DNA of 64,000 nucleotides from Minisyncoccota bacterium (lineage in GTDB: Bacteria > Patescibacteriota > Minisyncoccia > Phycocordibacterales > UBA9973). The translations under genes and the position numbers were made by a program. Of the stretch, positions 38,368-47,752 are shown in pieces (the stretch's first letter is position 1; each line of letters starts with the position of its first letter). The stretch spans positions 68,204 to 132,203 of the forward strand of contig JBAYKP010000001.1 of the NCBI GenBank assembly GCA_041664465.1. Direction: 5' to 3'. The notes under the pieces are model-generated. The model did not search any database, was not told where the DNA came from, and was given only the letters and a program-made list of their open reading frames with translations.

Positions 38368-38910
38368 ATGATTAAAATTGTTCAAAGTGAAGATCCAGTC
38401 CTACGCAAAATATCAAAGGAAGTTCCTCTCGCTCTCATCAGCAAACCGAAAATACAAAAAATCGTACAAGATATGATGGTGGCTTTAGATTCTCAAGATG
38501 ATGGTGTAGCTATTGCTGCTCCACAGATAGGAGTATCACTTCGTATCTTTGTAATCTCTGGAAGAATTTTCGATGAAGATTTCATTAGAGGAAAAGGCTC
38601 AACGCAAGGCGATCTCTACAAGAAAGCTCGTCGCCCTGATATGGTCTTTATCAATCCAATATTGAAGAAGATATCTAAAGATAGAAAGCTCCTATCCGAA
38701 GGATGCCTCTCTGTCCGACCTCTATATGGCAAAGTCCGCCGTGCCACTCGTGCCTCAGTCGAAGCTTATGATGAAAATGGCAAGAAATTTAGCAAAGATG
38801 GAAATGGATTACTCGCTCATATTTTTCAACACGAGACAGATCATCTAGATGGAATACTCTTCACAGACAAAGCAAAAGATATACACGAAACGCTTTTAGA
38901 TGAAGAATAA
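38368..38910 (+). CDS. def: peptide deformylase
   Basis: GVAIAAPQIG (motif 1), EGCLSV (motif 2) and HETDHLDG (motif 3). Confidence 0.9.
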   Translation: MIKIVQSEDPVLRKISKEVPLALISKPKIQKIVQDMMVALDSQDDGVAIAAPQIGVSLRIFVISGRIFDEDFIRGKGSTQGDLYKKARRPDMVFINPILKKISKDRKLLSEGCLSVRPLYGKVRRATRASVEAYDENGKKFSKDGNGLLAHIFQHETDHLDGILFTDKAKDIHETLLDEE

Positions 38911-38911
38911 A

Positions 38912-38936
38912 CCTAGCAAGAACGGTTCTTGCTAGG
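38912..38936. repeat. REP palindrome cctagcaagaac-G-gttcttgctagg (12-bp arms), followed by two half-copies that overlap the 3' end of the RAYT gene
   Basis: Perfect palindrome. Half-repeats ttcttgctagg run to ~38975. Confidence 0.75.
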
Positions 38937-38955
38937 TTCTTGCTAGGTTTTCTTG

Positions 38956-39636
38956 CTAGGTTTGAGGTTCTAGGGTTTCAAAATAATTTTCAACAAATTC
39001 CTTAAAAGATTGTTTATTATGAAAATAATCTGGAAAATTATCTTTATTTAAAATACTATTTTCTATTCTATCATCTCCTGTATAATCTTGATAACTAGAA
39101 TATTTATATGATTCTAAAAAGTTCTTCATATCTACTGATGACTTATTCAAATTATCTTCCCACTCAGGAAATTCTATCTCTAATGAATTAAGATGAATAT
39201 ATGCAAATAATTGTCTTAAATAATTATCATCATTCCCTACTAATTTAGCTTTAAATAATCCTCCAAATAATGCTCCTTTTCTTTGATATTTTATATTAAA
39301 AAACATTGAATATCCTACTCCTAATTTTCTCATAAATTTAGTTATACCACCATCAACATCTTGTCTAACTAATATGTGAAAGTGATTGTTCATCAAACAC
39401 CACGCACCAATAGAGATAATACTCTTTTCTTTTTTGATTTTTAAAATATCATAGTATTTTTTATTTTGATTATTTACAAGATTATCAATCCGAAAAGATT
39501 CTTCAGAGTTTGCGAGATAAAGAAGCATAATAAATCTTTCATAATCTCCTTTGATTTTAAAAATTACTCTCTTATCAATACCCCTATTATAAATATGGTA
39601 ATATTCTCCTGTTATAAATGGATCTTTCCTTAACAT
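38956..39636 (-). CDS. IS200/IS605-family Y1 (HUH) transposase, REP-associated tyrosine transposase (RAYT)-like
   Basis: GEYYHIYNRG..., LMNNHFHILV (HUH motif) and ...QLFAYIHLNSL (candidate catalytic Tyr). It is flanked on both sides by the same 25-bp REP. Confidence 0.6.
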   Translation of the reverse strand: MLRKDPFITGEYYHIYNRGIDKRVIFKIKGDYERFIMLLYLANSEESFRIDNLVNNQNKKYYDILKIKKEKSIISIGAWCLMNNHFHILVRQDVDGGITKFMRKLGVGYSMFFNIKYQRKGALFGGLFKAKLVGNDDNYLRQLFAYIHLNSLEIEFPEWEDNLNKSSVDMKNFLESYKYSSYQDYTGDDRIENSILNKDNFPDYFHNKQSFKEFVENYFETLEPQT

Positions 39637-39662
39637 AATTATATTATATCAATTTCAAACGC

Positions 39663-39687
39663 ACCTAGCAAGAACGGTTCTTGCTAG
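39663..39687. repeat. REP palindrome copy (same orientation as 38912) plus a half-copy
   Basis: cctagcaagaacggttcttgctagg, followed by tagttcttgctagg. Confidence 0.75.
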
Positions 39688-39716
39688 GTAGTTCTTGCTA
39701 GGTTCTATAAAATATA

Positions 39717-40295
39717 TTACTTCCTTTTTATAAAACCCCAAAAAATTGTTATTATGCCAAAAATAAATGGAATTAAAGCTACCTTATAATTATTTGAATT
39801 AAAAAATGAAATAACCCCTGCTATAATTAAAAATATACCGAAAAGTAAATTGTAATAAAAATAAAATTCTTTAGGATTTGATTTATCAAAATTTATCCCA
39901 ACCCCTTTAAGAATTGTAAATATTAATGGATTTTGTATTGCAATAACCTTTTCTGTAAAAGTATTATCATTTCTTCTATTATAACTAATAAAACCAGCTA
40001 CTAAAAACACAAAAAGAAGCATTGGTATAGTATAAAGAAAAACAGGAAGCATTTCTTTTAATCCAGATAATCCACTTGTTAAAAGCATCACGATGACAAC
40101 AAATAAAATTATTAACAAGAATATAGATATACCTGTTTTAAATATTTCCTTTATTTTTGTTTTTGTTTTTTTATCTACTTCATTAATAAATTCAACTGGA
40201 ACTACTTCTTGAACAGATTCACTAGTTATAATTTTCTCTGAAACATTATTCACATTTTGTTCTTGATTCATAAATAAATTATACCACATGGTCAA
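39717..40295 (-). CDS. hypothetical polytopic membrane protein
   Basis: 192 aa with four predicted TM helices. It lies between REP copies 39663 and 40351. Confidence 0.4.
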   Translation of the reverse strand: MTMWYNLFMNQEQNVNNVSEKIITSESVQEVVPVEFINEVDKKTKTKIKEIFKTGISIFLLIILFVVIVMLLTSGLSGLKEMLPVFLYTIPMLLFVFLVAGFISYNRRNDNTFTEKVIAIQNPLIFTILKGVGINFDKSNPKEFYFYYNLLFGIFLIIAGVISFFNSNNYKVALIPFIFGIITIFWGFIKRK

Positions 40296-40350
40296 GTAAT
40301 ATTGCGAATAGTCTCACGAAATATCAAAAGGTGATATCGTGATATCGAAA

Positions 40351-40375
40351 CCTAGCAAGAACCGTTCTTGCTAGG
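40351..40375. repeat. REP palindrome copy in inverted orientation (central C)
   Basis: cctagcaagaac-C-gttcttgctagg, preceded by the direct repeat gtgatatcgtgatatcg. Confidence 0.7.
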
Positions 40376-40404
40376 TGGAGGAGGTGTGATATACTCTGTG
40401 GTAT

Positions 40405-41280
40405 ATGAATACAGAGAAAAAGAATCTAAAATTTATATTCTTTGGGACACCCTATGCCGCAAGTAAGACATTGCAAATACTTAAAGAAAGAGGATATATA
40501 CCAGAAGTGATTGTGACCTCTCCCGATGCAAAAAAGGGGCGTGGCTTGGAAATGCACGAAACGTCAGTATCAACTTGGGCTAAGGAGAATAATATAAAAT
40601 GCTTAAAGCCTGAAAAAATTGATGAAGAATTTATAAATAATATTTTCCCTAGCCACAAGTCCGACTTGTGGCCGATACTTTCTGTAGTTGTGGCTTATGG
40701 GAAAATACTCCCAGAAATACTAATCAAAAAGCCTGAATTTGGAACTATAAATGTTCATTATTCCCTTCTTCCAAAATACAGAGGTGCATCTCCTCTTGAG
40801 GCTTGCCTATTAAATGGAGATGAAGTTACTGGGGTAAGTATTCAGCAGATGGAATATAAATTAGACAGTGGGCAAATATTACGAGAAGAGAAAATAGATA
40901 TAGGTATAAATGATACTAAAGAAGAATTACGTGAGACTCTCATAAGTCTAGGAGGAAATGTCTTATGTGATATTTTACCCCAAATAGTAAACCAAGAAAT
41001 TAAATCAAAAGCTCAAGATGAGAATCTAGCGACCTTCTGTAAGAAAATTAAAAAAGAAGATGGGGAAATCAATCTAGAAGAAAATGCTAAAGAGAATTGG
41101 AATAAATACAGAGCTTACTCTGGCTGGCCTGGGGTATTCTTCTTTGCAACTAAACATAATAAAAAGATAAGGTGCAAAATAACCAAAGCTAAATTAGAAA
41201 ATAATCAATTTATTATTGAAAAAATAATACCGGAAAGTAAAAAGGAGATAGATTATGAATCTTTCTTAAAACAAAATTAG
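40405..41280 (+). CDS. fmt: methionyl-tRNA formyltransferase
   Basis: KFIFFGTPYAA, VVVAYGKILP, INVHYSLLPKYRGASPL. It carries a 21-bp palindrome (40653-40673) in frame (...PSHKSDLWPI...). Confidence 0.85.
   Translation: MNTEKKNLKFIFFGTPYAASKTLQILKERGYIPEVIVTSPDAKKGRGLEMHETSVSTWAKENNIKCLKPEKIDEEFINNIFPSHKSDLWPILSVVVAYGKILPEILIKKPEFGTINVHYSLLPKYRGASPLEACLLNGDEVTGVSIQQMEYKLDSGQILREEKIDIGINDTKEELRETLISLGGNVLCDILPQIVNQEIKSKAQDENLATFCKKIKKEDGEINLEENAKENWNKYRAYSGWPGVFFFATKHNKKIRCKITKAKLENNQFIIEKIIPESKKEIDYESFLKQN
40653..40673. repeat. palindrome gccacaagtc-c-gacttgtggc in frame inside fmt
   Basis: 10-bp arms. A near-identical element (gccataagtccgacttatggc) lies inside rnhB. Confidence 0.65.
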
Positions 41281-41663
41281 TATTTGGAAGTAAAGGGATT
41301 CCTCTTGGAAATTCCTTTAATCATTTTCTTGACGCTTATTGCTCCTCTTTTGAAAAGAGTCTCCTTCTTGTTTTTATAATTTTTAATTTTTTTAATAACT
41401 TCATCCTTAGCATCATCTATGGCTTTGTATAAATCACTTTTCTCAGAATCCGTGAAGAACTTCTCCCCATCTACACTCACATCAAATTCTGCCTTAAAAT
41501 AATCTCCTTGCTTGTGGTGCTTCGTCGTCTTCCCTACTTCTACATAAATAATCATTTCCTTATCAGCACCAACATATCTACTTATTGACTCTATTTTCTT
41601 ATTAACGTAATCACTAATAGCACCTGTCAATTCCATATTCGTTGCTTTTATATTTATAGACAT
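41277..41663 (-). CDS. hpf: ribosome hibernation promoting factor (HPF/RaiA family)
   Basis: From M at 41663: MSINIKATNMELTGAISDYVNKKIESISRYV...EKSDLYKAIDDAKDEVIKKI, matching the HPF/YfiA family. The ORF-track start at 41753 is probably too long. Confidence 0.75.
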   Translation of the reverse strand: MSINIKATNMELTGAISDYVNKKIESISRYVGADKEMIIYVEVGKTTKHHKQGDYFKAEFDVSVDGEKFFTDSEKSDLYKAIDDAKDEVIKKIKNYKNKKETLFKRGAISVKKMIKGISKRNPFTSKY

Positions 41664-41694
41664 ATATTTAAAGAAATTATTGATAATACTTATA

Positions 41695-41955
41695 TTATAG
41701 CAAATTTTCTGGAATATTAATTGAAAGTATTTTGCTAGGACTTTGATGCCCACTTATAATACGCACAGATTTTATATTTATCGCATAAATAGAGGCTATT
41801 ATCTCTTTTATTCTGGTATTTGCTAGATTTCTTTCTGCTTTTTCTTTTACAGAAATAATAAAAGTATTGGGAGATTTCTTAAGAATTTTCTCTTTCTTTG
41901 CTCCCGCTTCTACTTTAACTTTTATATACATCCCGTTAAATAAATTATCTTCCAA
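41695..41955 (-). CDS. DUF167/YggU-family protein
   Basis: NGMYIKVKVEAGAKKEKI...ISVKEKAERNLANTRIKEIIA...VRIISGHQSPSK matches the UPF0235 pattern. Confidence 0.55.
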   Translation of the reverse strand: MEDNLFNGMYIKVKVEAGAKKEKILKKSPNTFIISVKEKAERNLANTRIKEIIASIYAINIKSVRIISGHQSPSKILSINIPENLL

Positions 41956-43444
41956 AGAATAACATTCCGATTAATCCCACAAGAATGAGATATGCCATAC
42001 AAGGTATGAAGACGCCTTTCAATATATCTAGCTCTTGATTTTTGACTCTTACGACGGCTTCGGCTGTCAAGATATCTGCTAGAGCTATCATATTCCCAGC
42101 GGCTGCTCCTACGACTCCTAGAGATAAAATTGCTTGCGGATTGAAACCAAGTGGCACAGATGCCATAGAGAAAAGATTACCAAATAGAATATTGGAAACT
42201 GTGACACTCCCAGTGATAAATCCTCCAAATGCTCCAATAAATGGCGCAAAGAAAGGCAAAAGTGAAGTCTCAAAGAATTGTGCAATTATTGTAATCACTG
42301 AAGGAAGACCAGATGTATTCTGCCCAGAATTTATCATTACTTGCACCATCGCCAGCATAGAAACTATGACTAGGAATGGTGGAATGGCTTCTCTTATTCC
42401 TACTTTGACAGAATCCGCTAAAACTTTCCTCTCACTTTTCCACATATATGCTACAACAAGACCAGCGAGAATGAAAGCAAATCCGGGATTGAATAAATTG
42501 AAGATATACTTGAAGCCAAGATTTATCGGTAATCCTATTTTGCCCAAGAAAATTTTACCAAGTATTAAAAATAAAACTAGAATAACATAAGGCAGAAAAG
42601 ATTTGAATGGTGACATCGTTGCCGTTATATCTTTTTCATTTTTCAAACTTAAACTTTCTTTGGGGACAAAGATATGAAGCTTGGTCGTAATAAGGACTAG
42701 AATTATACCAATGGTAGATCCAAGTATTGATGGGAACTCTGGCCAAAATTTTGCAAATAAAATAGATGGAACGACGAAGACAATCCCCGACCAAATAGCA
42801 AAAGGTAGAGCTCCAAAGAATTCCTTTTTCCTATTTTCTCTACCTAGTGTTATAGCCCAAAGCATAAATATTGGAACTATCAATCCTACAAGATTGAGGA
42901 GTGAAGCATAGAATGGAACTGATGACACACTCAATCCTGCGAAGCCTACAGTTATAGGTGTCCCAGCTGCGCCGAAGACTCCAGCCGTACTGTTTCCTAG
43001 TAGACCCACTATTAATGCTCTTATAGGGCTAAGGCCTAACCCCATAAGAAGTGGTACAGCTATAGCCGCCGGGGTACCGAAGCCTGCTGTCCCCTCGAGG
43101 AATGCTTCAAAGAGCCAAGCAATGACGATAATCTGCACTCTGTAGTCATGAGATAAATGCTCCAGATAATAAGAAATATTACTGATAACTTTAAAATCTT
43201 TTAGAATTTCTAGAAAGAAAATAGCTCCAAAGATAATAATGAGGATATCAAAAGCGACAAAGAATCCCTTACCGAAAGATATTAAGAGGAATGAAGGATA
43301 AATCCCCCAATAGAAAATAGCCAGCACTATATATAAGATAAAAGTTATTAAAGAAGCTTTAAGTAAAGAAGTTTTATAAATCAATAGAAAAAATACAAAG
43401 AATAGAAACGGGATTAGAGCTAAAATTATAGGTAAATTATTCAT
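41945..43444 (-). CDS. L-lactate permease (LctP family)
   Basis: FLEGTAGFGTPAAIAVPLLMGLGLSP and NSTAGVFGAAGTPI are LctP-family signatures. About 12 TM helices. Confidence 0.8.
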   Translation of the reverse strand: MNNLPIILALIPFLFFVFFLLIYKTSLLKASLITFILYIVLAIFYWGIYPSFLLISFGKGFFVAFDILIIIFGAIFFLEILKDFKVISNISYYLEHLSHDYRVQIIVIAWLFEAFLEGTAGFGTPAAIAVPLLMGLGLSPIRALIVGLLGNSTAGVFGAAGTPITVGFAGLSVSSVPFYASLLNLVGLIVPIFMLWAITLGRENRKKEFFGALPFAIWSGIVFVVPSILFAKFWPEFPSILGSTIGIILVLITTKLHIFVPKESLSLKNEKDITATMSPFKSFLPYVILVLFLILGKIFLGKIGLPINLGFKYIFNLFNPGFAFILAGLVVAYMWKSERKVLADSVKVGIREAIPPFLVIVSMLAMVQVMINSGQNTSGLPSVITIIAQFFETSLLPFFAPFIGAFGGFITGSVTVSNILFGNLFSMASVPLGFNPQAILSLGVVGAAAGNMIALADILTAEAVVRVKNQELDILKGVFIPCMAYLILVGLIGMLFFGR

Positions 43445-43458
43445 AATAATAAAATTGA

Positions 43459-43833
43459 TTAAATCTCTTCTATATCATCTTTAATCTCTCTCAAATCTTT
43501 CTTAATCTCTGAGAGAGAAACTTCTTCTTTCTTAATTTCTGATTCGGTTTTCTCATCTATTCTCTTTTCTTTCTTGATTCCTGAAATAATAATCTTATCC
43601 CCAACAAAGAATGAAACGAAAAGTCCGGTAATAATAGAAATGAAAACACCTAAAGCCATAGAAACAAAGCCTGACATCCCGATATCATCGGCGATCATCC
43701 AGACTCCTCTCCAGATAAGGATAACTCCGATACTTCCGATAAATGCATAAAGGATAGGCCAATGAGAAAGCTTGTGCCTTAATTTTATTTCAAAACGATT
43801 ATAAACTTTCACAACTTCATTAATTAATTTCAT
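43459..43833 (-). CDS. hypothetical membrane protein with a charged C-terminal tail
   Basis: Two TM helices, then a K/E-rich tail. Confidence 0.35.
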   Translation of the reverse strand: MKLINEVVKVYNRFEIKLRHKLSHWPILYAFIGSIGVILIWRGVWMIADDIGMSGFVSMALGVFISIITGLFVSFFVGDKIIISGIKKEKRIDEKTESEIKKEEVSLSEIKKDLREIKDDIEEI

Positions 43834-43888
43834 ATTATATATAATACCATAAACAATAATAAAAAATAAGATACTCTCAAAAATAAAA

Positions 43889-43919
43889 GAAATGCCCCAA
43901 GCTTCGCTTGGGGCATTTC
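43889..43919. terminator. rho-independent terminator downstream of the cold-shock gene
   Basis: gaaatgcccca-agcttcgc-ttggggcatttc. Confidence 0.65.
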
Positions 43920-43933
43920 TTCAAAAATTCGTA

Positions 43934-44146
43934 CTATACGCGTTCTACGTTGACAGCACTTGTCTTCTTTTCTCCGTTTCTTTCATTCTCTTCTATTTGG
44001 AATGTGACAGTATCACCTTCGCGAAGATCTTCAAATGAAACTCCAACTACTTTATCCTTGTGAAAAAAGACGTCGTTTGATTGTCCTTCAACTGTGATGA
44101 AACCAAATGGTTTGTCAGTCACAATTTTCTTGATAGTTCCTTTCAT
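43934..44146 (-). CDS. cspA: cold-shock protein (CspA family)
   Basis: MKGTIKKIVTDKPFGFITVEG...DVFFH matches RNP1/RNP2 (KGFGFI, VFVHF). Confidence 0.85.
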   Translation of the reverse strand: MKGTIKKIVTDKPFGFITVEGQSNDVFFHKDKVVGVSFEDLREGDTVTFQIEENERNGEKKTSAVNVERV

Positions 44147-44277
44147 AATATGTGTTTAATTAAATGAATAATGTACAAAATAGAAATTACTAAATCGACT
44201 TATTTCAGATAATAGCTTTTGTCTACTAAGAATACTCCTAATAGACATATTAAGCAATGGAACGACCAGATTGTATA

Positions 44278-44419
44278 TTACTTGATTTTCTTGTGGACAG
44301 ACTTTTTCTTGTCAGTTTTATTCTTAAGCATTACCTTCTTTGTTATCAAACGCTTAGCTGTCTTGTGTGACCCTTTTGACTTTTTGTGGGGTTTTAGCCC
44401 TGTTGCTCTTTTGGCCATA
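44278..44419 (-). CDS. 46-aa highly basic small protein (possible divergent ribosomal protein, e.g. bL35-like)
   Basis: MAKRATGLKPHKKSKGSHKTAKRLITKKVMLKNKTDKKKSVHKKIK. Absent from the ORF track (<60 aa). It is antisense to the spurious + ORF 44219-44434. Confidence 0.3.
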
Positions 44420-44553
44420 TATATTTTGTTTTAATTCAATTAATAATACGTTTATTATACTTCAAATTAGAAAATATTCCTATCTATTGTATAAGAATAT
44501 CTAAAATTATATAATACAGGTATTATTAATAATTTCATAAAATCAAAAATAAA

Positions 44554-44769
44554 ATGAAAAAATATATATTTATAATAATTGTTATTATTATAGTAATTTG
44601 TCTAGGAGTATATCTTTACTTTGCAAAATATAGTAAGAAAAATACTACTAGTAATCTAGCAAATGTGAACGTCTCCGGAGAGCAGGCAGTTGCTACTGGA
44701 GTAGACAAGACCAATCCGTTCAATGTCGATGTGAACCCTTATCAAGGTTATAAGAATCCATTTAAATAA
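44554..44769 (+). CDS. small membrane-anchored protein, unknown function
   Basis: N-terminal TM segment IFIIIVIIIVICLGVYLYF. Confidence 0.3.
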   Translation: MKKYIFIIIVIIIVICLGVYLYFAKYSKKNTTSNLANVNVSGEQAVATGVDKTNPFNVDVNPYQGYKNPFK

Positions 44770-44775
44770 AATTTT

Positions 44776-45978
44776 ATGAAAAAATACATAAATATTTCCA
44801 TCTCTATATTGTTTTCTCTTTCAATGATTTTACTAGCAAGTACAAATGTCTTAGCTGCTACTGGAATACCTAAGTCCGTAAAAAATGTTGATGATTCAAA
44901 TATAGTTTACCCCATTGTAGAGCTTGGTAGTTGCAAAGATAAAGCTGACTGTGCAAGCTTCTGCTCTAAGAGTGAGAACATGGTAGCCTGTATGAATTTC
45001 GCAGAGAAACAAGGACTCCTTTCGGGGGAGGATTTAAGAATCTCCAAGATTGTAGCTGAAAAAATTTCTAAAGGTCAAACTCCAGGACAATGTAAAGATC
45101 AAGATAGCTGTGAGAAATTCTGTAAAGATAAAGTTGAGAATATAGACGCTTGTATCTCTTTCGCAGAAGAGTTGAATATCTTACCAGCGAGTGAGCTTGC
45201 TCAAGCAAAGAATATAGCAAAAGCTTTGAAAGAAGGAGCAAAGCTACCAGGGCAATGCAAAACGAAAGATGACTGTGAAAATTATTGTGAAGATGGTGCT
45301 CATATAGATGAATGTCTATCTTTTGCAGAAGCTGCAAATATCCTCCCCCCAGATGAATTAAAAGATGCCAAGAAAATGGCTTCATTCTTGAAAAATGGCG
45401 AAACACCTGGAAAATGTAAAGACAAGAAAGATTGCGAAAATTATTGTAATGATTCCGCCAATGGAGATGAATGTCTAAATTTTGCTAAAAAGGCAGGACT
45501 CATATCTAAAGAAGAAGAGGATATGATGAATAATGGTGGAGAAAAGATCAAGCAAGCCTTGGAGAATTTACCGCCAGAAGTTAAGGGCGAAGTCGAGGCT
45601 TGTCTAAATAGCAAGATAGGAGCCGATAAATTAGATAAAGTGATGAATAAAGAAGAAAATCTTACCAAGAATCAAGGCGAAAGTCTTCAAAGTTGCTTTG
45701 CTGGAATAGAAGCTAAAATGAAAGCCATTATGATGGAGAAGGCCGGTAGTCAAGGTAAGGGCGAAGGATTCGGAGCTCCTGGTGATAGAGGCCCAAGTGG
45801 TAATATAGATATGGGGCAACGTGGACCAAGCGAAGATCAGATTAAAAATATGATGCCAAAGAATCTACCAGAATCTGCTTCCCTTCCACAAGTAGACTGT
45901 GCAAGCTTCAAAGCTGTTCCCTCTTGTAGCTATGTACCCGAAGGAGTCAGAGATCAGTGTGAGAAATGCAAAGAATAA
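44776..45978 (+). CDS. secreted protein with four tandem ~45-aa four-Cys modules plus a Gly/Pro C-terminal region
   Basis: Signal peptide, then the module G(Q/K)CK.K.DCE.(F/Y)C.D...(ID/GD)(A/E)C(I/L)(S/N)FAE....L....EL..AK repeated four times. Confidence 0.5.
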   Translation: MKKYINISISILFSLSMILLASTNVLAATGIPKSVKNVDDSNIVYPIVELGSCKDKADCASFCSKSENMVACMNFAEKQGLLSGEDLRISKIVAEKISKGQTPGQCKDQDSCEKFCKDKVENIDACISFAEELNILPASELAQAKNIAKALKEGAKLPGQCKTKDDCENYCEDGAHIDECLSFAEAANILPPDELKDAKKMASFLKNGETPGKCKDKKDCENYCNDSANGDECLNFAKKAGLISKEEEDMMNNGGEKIKQALENLPPEVKGEVEACLNSKIGADKLDKVMNKEENLTKNQGESLQSCFAGIEAKMKAIMMEKAGSQGKGEGFGAPGDRGPSGNIDMGQRGPSEDQIKNMMPKNLPESASLPQVDCASFKAVPSCSYVPEGVRDQCEKCKE

Positions 45979-46018
45979 AATTTTGAGATAAAAAATGCGA
46001 CTTTTAAGTTTACAATAT

Positions 46019-47413
46019 TTATCTTTTAAACCATTCTCTTACTACACTTTCTGCTGGTTTGTTGCGGACACTGTGAGCCATTTGGGGCTGTGAATTACTA
46101 GGTAGAATGACGTCTGTATACCAATATCCATATGATTCAACTCCGCCTACTTTAAAATATTTACCATCGGTTTCTTTGATAGCTTCCATCATTGCTTCAT
46201 AAGCAATAGCCTGAGAAGAGAAATCTACTTCCAAATTTTTCTGGAAACATGGGTCATCCATTTTCTTAATACAGAACATATCTTCACTCCATCCTTTTTC
46301 TAAGAATTCTTTTGATGATTGAACAAGGATTCTTAAATGAATTGGTTTATTATATTTGCTGAATCCTTTACCTACATTCATAAAGTTCTCTAAATAAAGC
46401 CCTTTAAGATTATCCACATTCACTACTTTATTGCTTCTATTATTCAAGATATTTGTCGTTGGGGTATATATGTATCCATCCACTTGTTTTAAAAGATTAT
46501 CAAGTTTGTTTAAGTTTGAATCCCACAAAGGATCAATCATCAATAGCACCTTTCCTTTATAGACATTTCTCACTTTCCCCAATAGAACAAGCATATCTTT
46601 CTCGTAAGCATCTTCGAAATCTTTGATGCTTGGCTGATAATCAAAGTGATTGATCATGAGTGCATCTATCCCCGTTTCTTCTGCAATTTTTGCTTGATTT
46701 AAGACGAAGGGCTCCCAATTTTTAATAAGAGTACCAAGCCAAGTTGCATTAGGAATATCTGAAACTACTTGTTTCCCCGGAGCAAGATTAAGATAAAGAA
46801 TCATTTTCAAATTCTTTTCTTTAGCTTTATCTACTACGAACCTTAAATCCCCTTCTTTTATTGCAGCTTTTTCTGGGCCATCAATCAAAGCATTTTTGAA
46901 ATCTGAGAAGTGCACGTAGTTTGAGAAACTAATTTGATCTGCTCCAAGGTTCACTACCCTATCAAGAGTTTCTTCATAGGCTTTTCTCATTGGCTTAGAG
47001 TCTAGGGCTATACAGCTTTTATTCAAGTTTGGTTCTTTGATCCAAGTATCCTTTATTCCTATGGTTCTATTTATTTCACCTACAAAAGGGGCACCTTCTA
47101 CAGATGGCATCTCATACTTACCCAGATAACTTTTAGGGTAACTTACTTCACTTTTAGTGATAGCACAGTAAGGGTCTTTGACTGCGACATTAGAAACATT
47201 AGGATTTTTATAGAAATCTGGATAATTAATTTTATTTATATCTGTGGATATAGTTATGGCATTGACCAAATCCACCTTCTCCATTTTCGAAGCACACCAA
47301 GGAGCCGTAGGCCAAGGACCTGCAGGAGGACACAATTTGAATACAAACATTAAAATAGTAGAAACAATAAATAGAAAAACAAAACTAATTATTATAATTG
47401 GAAATCTTTTCAT
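46019..47413 (-). CDS. secreted protein, possible TIM-barrel glycoside hydrolase-like
   Basis: N-terminal TM/signal segment. Length and alternating beta/alpha character are consistent with a glycosyl hydrolase, but no catalytic motif was confidently identified. Confidence 0.3.
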   Translation of the reverse strand: MKRFPIIIISFVFLFIVSTILMFVFKLCPPAGPWPTAPWCASKMEKVDLVNAITISTDINKINYPDFYKNPNVSNVAVKDPYCAITKSEVSYPKSYLGKYEMPSVEGAPFVGEINRTIGIKDTWIKEPNLNKSCIALDSKPMRKAYEETLDRVVNLGADQISFSNYVHFSDFKNALIDGPEKAAIKEGDLRFVVDKAKEKNLKMILYLNLAPGKQVVSDIPNATWLGTLIKNWEPFVLNQAKIAEETGIDALMINHFDYQPSIKDFEDAYEKDMLVLLGKVRNVYKGKVLLMIDPLWDSNLNKLDNLLKQVDGYIYTPTTNILNNRSNKVVNVDNLKGLYLENFMNVGKGFSKYNKPIHLRILVQSSKEFLEKGWSEDMFCIKKMDDPCFQKNLEVDFSSQAIAYEAMMEAIKETDGKYFKVGGVESYGYWYTDVILPSNSQPQMAHSVRNKPAESVVREWFKR

Positions 47414-47421
47414 ATAAATTT

Positions 47422-47688
47422 TTATTTAAAACATTTGTTCCAAAAGTAAGCCATGAGCCAACCGAAAATATAACCAACAACGAAGGTTATAATAATGAGG
47501 ACGAGAGCCTTAATGAGACTGAATGGCATAATGAATATCGGTAGACCAATCATATGCATATTGAGCACGAAATTGACTAGCATTTGAGCCAGACCCAAAG
47601 CGACCAAGAGACTCCAAATTAGATGCATAAAACTTATAAGAAAACCAAAAGTTAACCCGGTTTTATTTTTACTTATTTGCATATCCAT
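47422..47688 (-). CDS. small polytopic membrane protein
   Basis: 88 aa with three hydrophobic helices. Confidence 0.3.
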   Translation of the reverse strand: MDMQISKNKTGLTFGFLISFMHLIWSLLVALGLAQMLVNFVLNMHMIGLPIFIMPFSLIKALVLIIITFVVGYIFGWLMAYFWNKCFK

Positions 47689-47752
47689 AAATTAATTTTT
47701 AGATTAATTGATAATGTATACATTATACCACTTTTTATTAGTCTAGTGTAAA

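Noticed and set aside
42042-42590. 182-aa plus-strand ORF inside the lactate permease gene
   Set aside because: It is antisense to a confidently assigned transporter, so it is a shadow ORF.
44219-44434. 71-aa plus-strand hydrophobic ORF
   Set aside because: The opposite strand encodes a compact lysine-rich 46-aa protein with a cleaner start and stop, so the plus ORF is likely the shadow.
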